A stretch of DNA of 61,546 nt, the filler included. It is 6 parts of 6 records of this genome, joined end to end, with 100 filler letters (N's around TTAATTAATTAA, not from the genome) between each part and the next. Parts side by side here need not be neighbours in the genome. Positions count along the whole stretch, not along the records: positions 56,959 to 61,546 come from SRR20825010_5548; 5 more parts are not named here. One strand, 5' to 3'. Shown here piece by piece: positions 60,830 to 61,546 of this stretch (within the stretch, counting starts at the first letter, position 1; the number at the start of each line of letters is the position of its first letter). The notes under the pieces are model-generated. The model was given only the letters and a program-made list of their open reading frames with translations. It did not search any database and was not told the origin of the DNA. Both the position numbers and the translations under genes were made by a program.

Positions 60830-61546
60830 TCAGTTAATGGATTCAGGCGTGTCTTGATGGTGTGCATGCGATGCTTCATCGAAAAATACCACCAGCAGCA
60901 CCAACAACACAGGGCCGATAATCAAACCGACAATGCCCATGGTAATCACGCCACCAAACACGCCAAACAGCACGGCCAGGAAGGGCAGGTGGGTGCCGCC
61001 CTGAATCAGCAGGGGGCGCACCAGGTAGTCTGCAATCAGCACCACCAGCATACCGATGGAAACCAACACCATCGCCTCGGCGCCATTGCCGCTTAAAAAC
61101 AGAATCATACCCAATATCGCCAACAAGCCGGGAGCCGCCATGGGTATAAAAGCAATCAAAGCCGTAACGGTACCCAGCAACACTGGCGCATATACGCCAC
61201 AGGCTGCGAACAACAGAGAGAGAATAACAGCCTCGGCAAAGCTGACGATGACCAATCCGTTCACCGCAGCGCGCAGGGCAGGGGGCATGTGTGAAACATA
61301 CGGCTTCCAGCGTTGCCCCAACCAATCGCTGCCTATCCGGTTCATTCGGATGCTGATGGACGAGCCATCGCGGTAGAAAAAAAACAGAACCCACAGCGCG
61401 AAGAACAGGGTGGCCACCCGGCCCAGCAATTCAAGCAAAATGGCAGATGCCGTGCCTTGTACATCGCCCAGGCGCTGTGTAAGCGTTTCGCGCAGCAAGC
61501 CGGAAATTTGTTTGGGCACACTCAGATATTCTGTCCAGCTTGCCAC
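60830..61546 (-). CDS. AI-2E family transporter (5' truncated)
   Basis: FFFYRDG, AFIP, DYLVRPLLI, FGVFGG...GLIIGP. Confidence 0.88.
   Translation of the reverse strand: MASWTEYLSVPKQISGLLRETLTQRLGDVQGTASAILLELLGRVATLFFALWVLFFFYRDGSSISIRMNRIGSDWLGQRWKPYVSHMPPALRAAVNGLVIVSFAEAVILSLLFAACGVYAPVLLGTVTALIAFIPMAAPGLLAILGMILFLSGNGAEAMVLVSIGMLVVLIADYLVRPLLIQGGTHLPFLAVLFGVFGGVITMGIVGLIIGPVLLVLLVVFFDEASHAHHQDTPESIN

Overview
This window is not one locus. It is six unrelated contigs joined by 100-nt spacers (44 N, TTAATTAATTAA, 44 N) at 15607-15706, 32625-32724, 45296-45395, 51614-51713 and 56859-56958. Contigs 1, 2, 4 and 5 look like Flavobacteriaceae (Bacteroidota TAnnTTTG promoters, typical gene orders). 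Contigs 3 and 6 are more GC-rich and look betaproteobacterial (Burkholderiales-like). Contigs 2-6 are mostly housekeeping genes: sucAB, galE, waaA, pfk, pckA, sucCD, pilin, moaC, bepA, fbp, pepN, murB, argGFD, sod, addA, kbl, ompA, exbBD, rpoN, asnS, ABC-F and purT. Contig 1 (1-15606) is the accessory region, a metal-homeostasis cluster. It holds a CusA-type RND pump and two HYC_CC_PP proteins, each first in its transcription unit. It also has an AraC regulator with an N-terminal CxxC, a cytochrome c / beta-barrel / lipoprotein cytochrome c trio, and many small Met/His/Cys-rich proteins. The strongest signal read directly from the DNA is one promoter architecture, TGAY-N4-RTCA then exactly 23 nt then TAnnTTTG. 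It occurs upstream of both HYC_CC_PP genes and of hpf on a different contig. A 21-bp-spaced direct repeat also precedes the promoter of the cytochrome/porin genes. Together these suggest a layered regulatory cascade (Crp/Fnr-type activator, possible metal-sensing leader protein, AraC) controlling a possible outer-membrane redox/metal module. The functional reading is inference; no searches were run.
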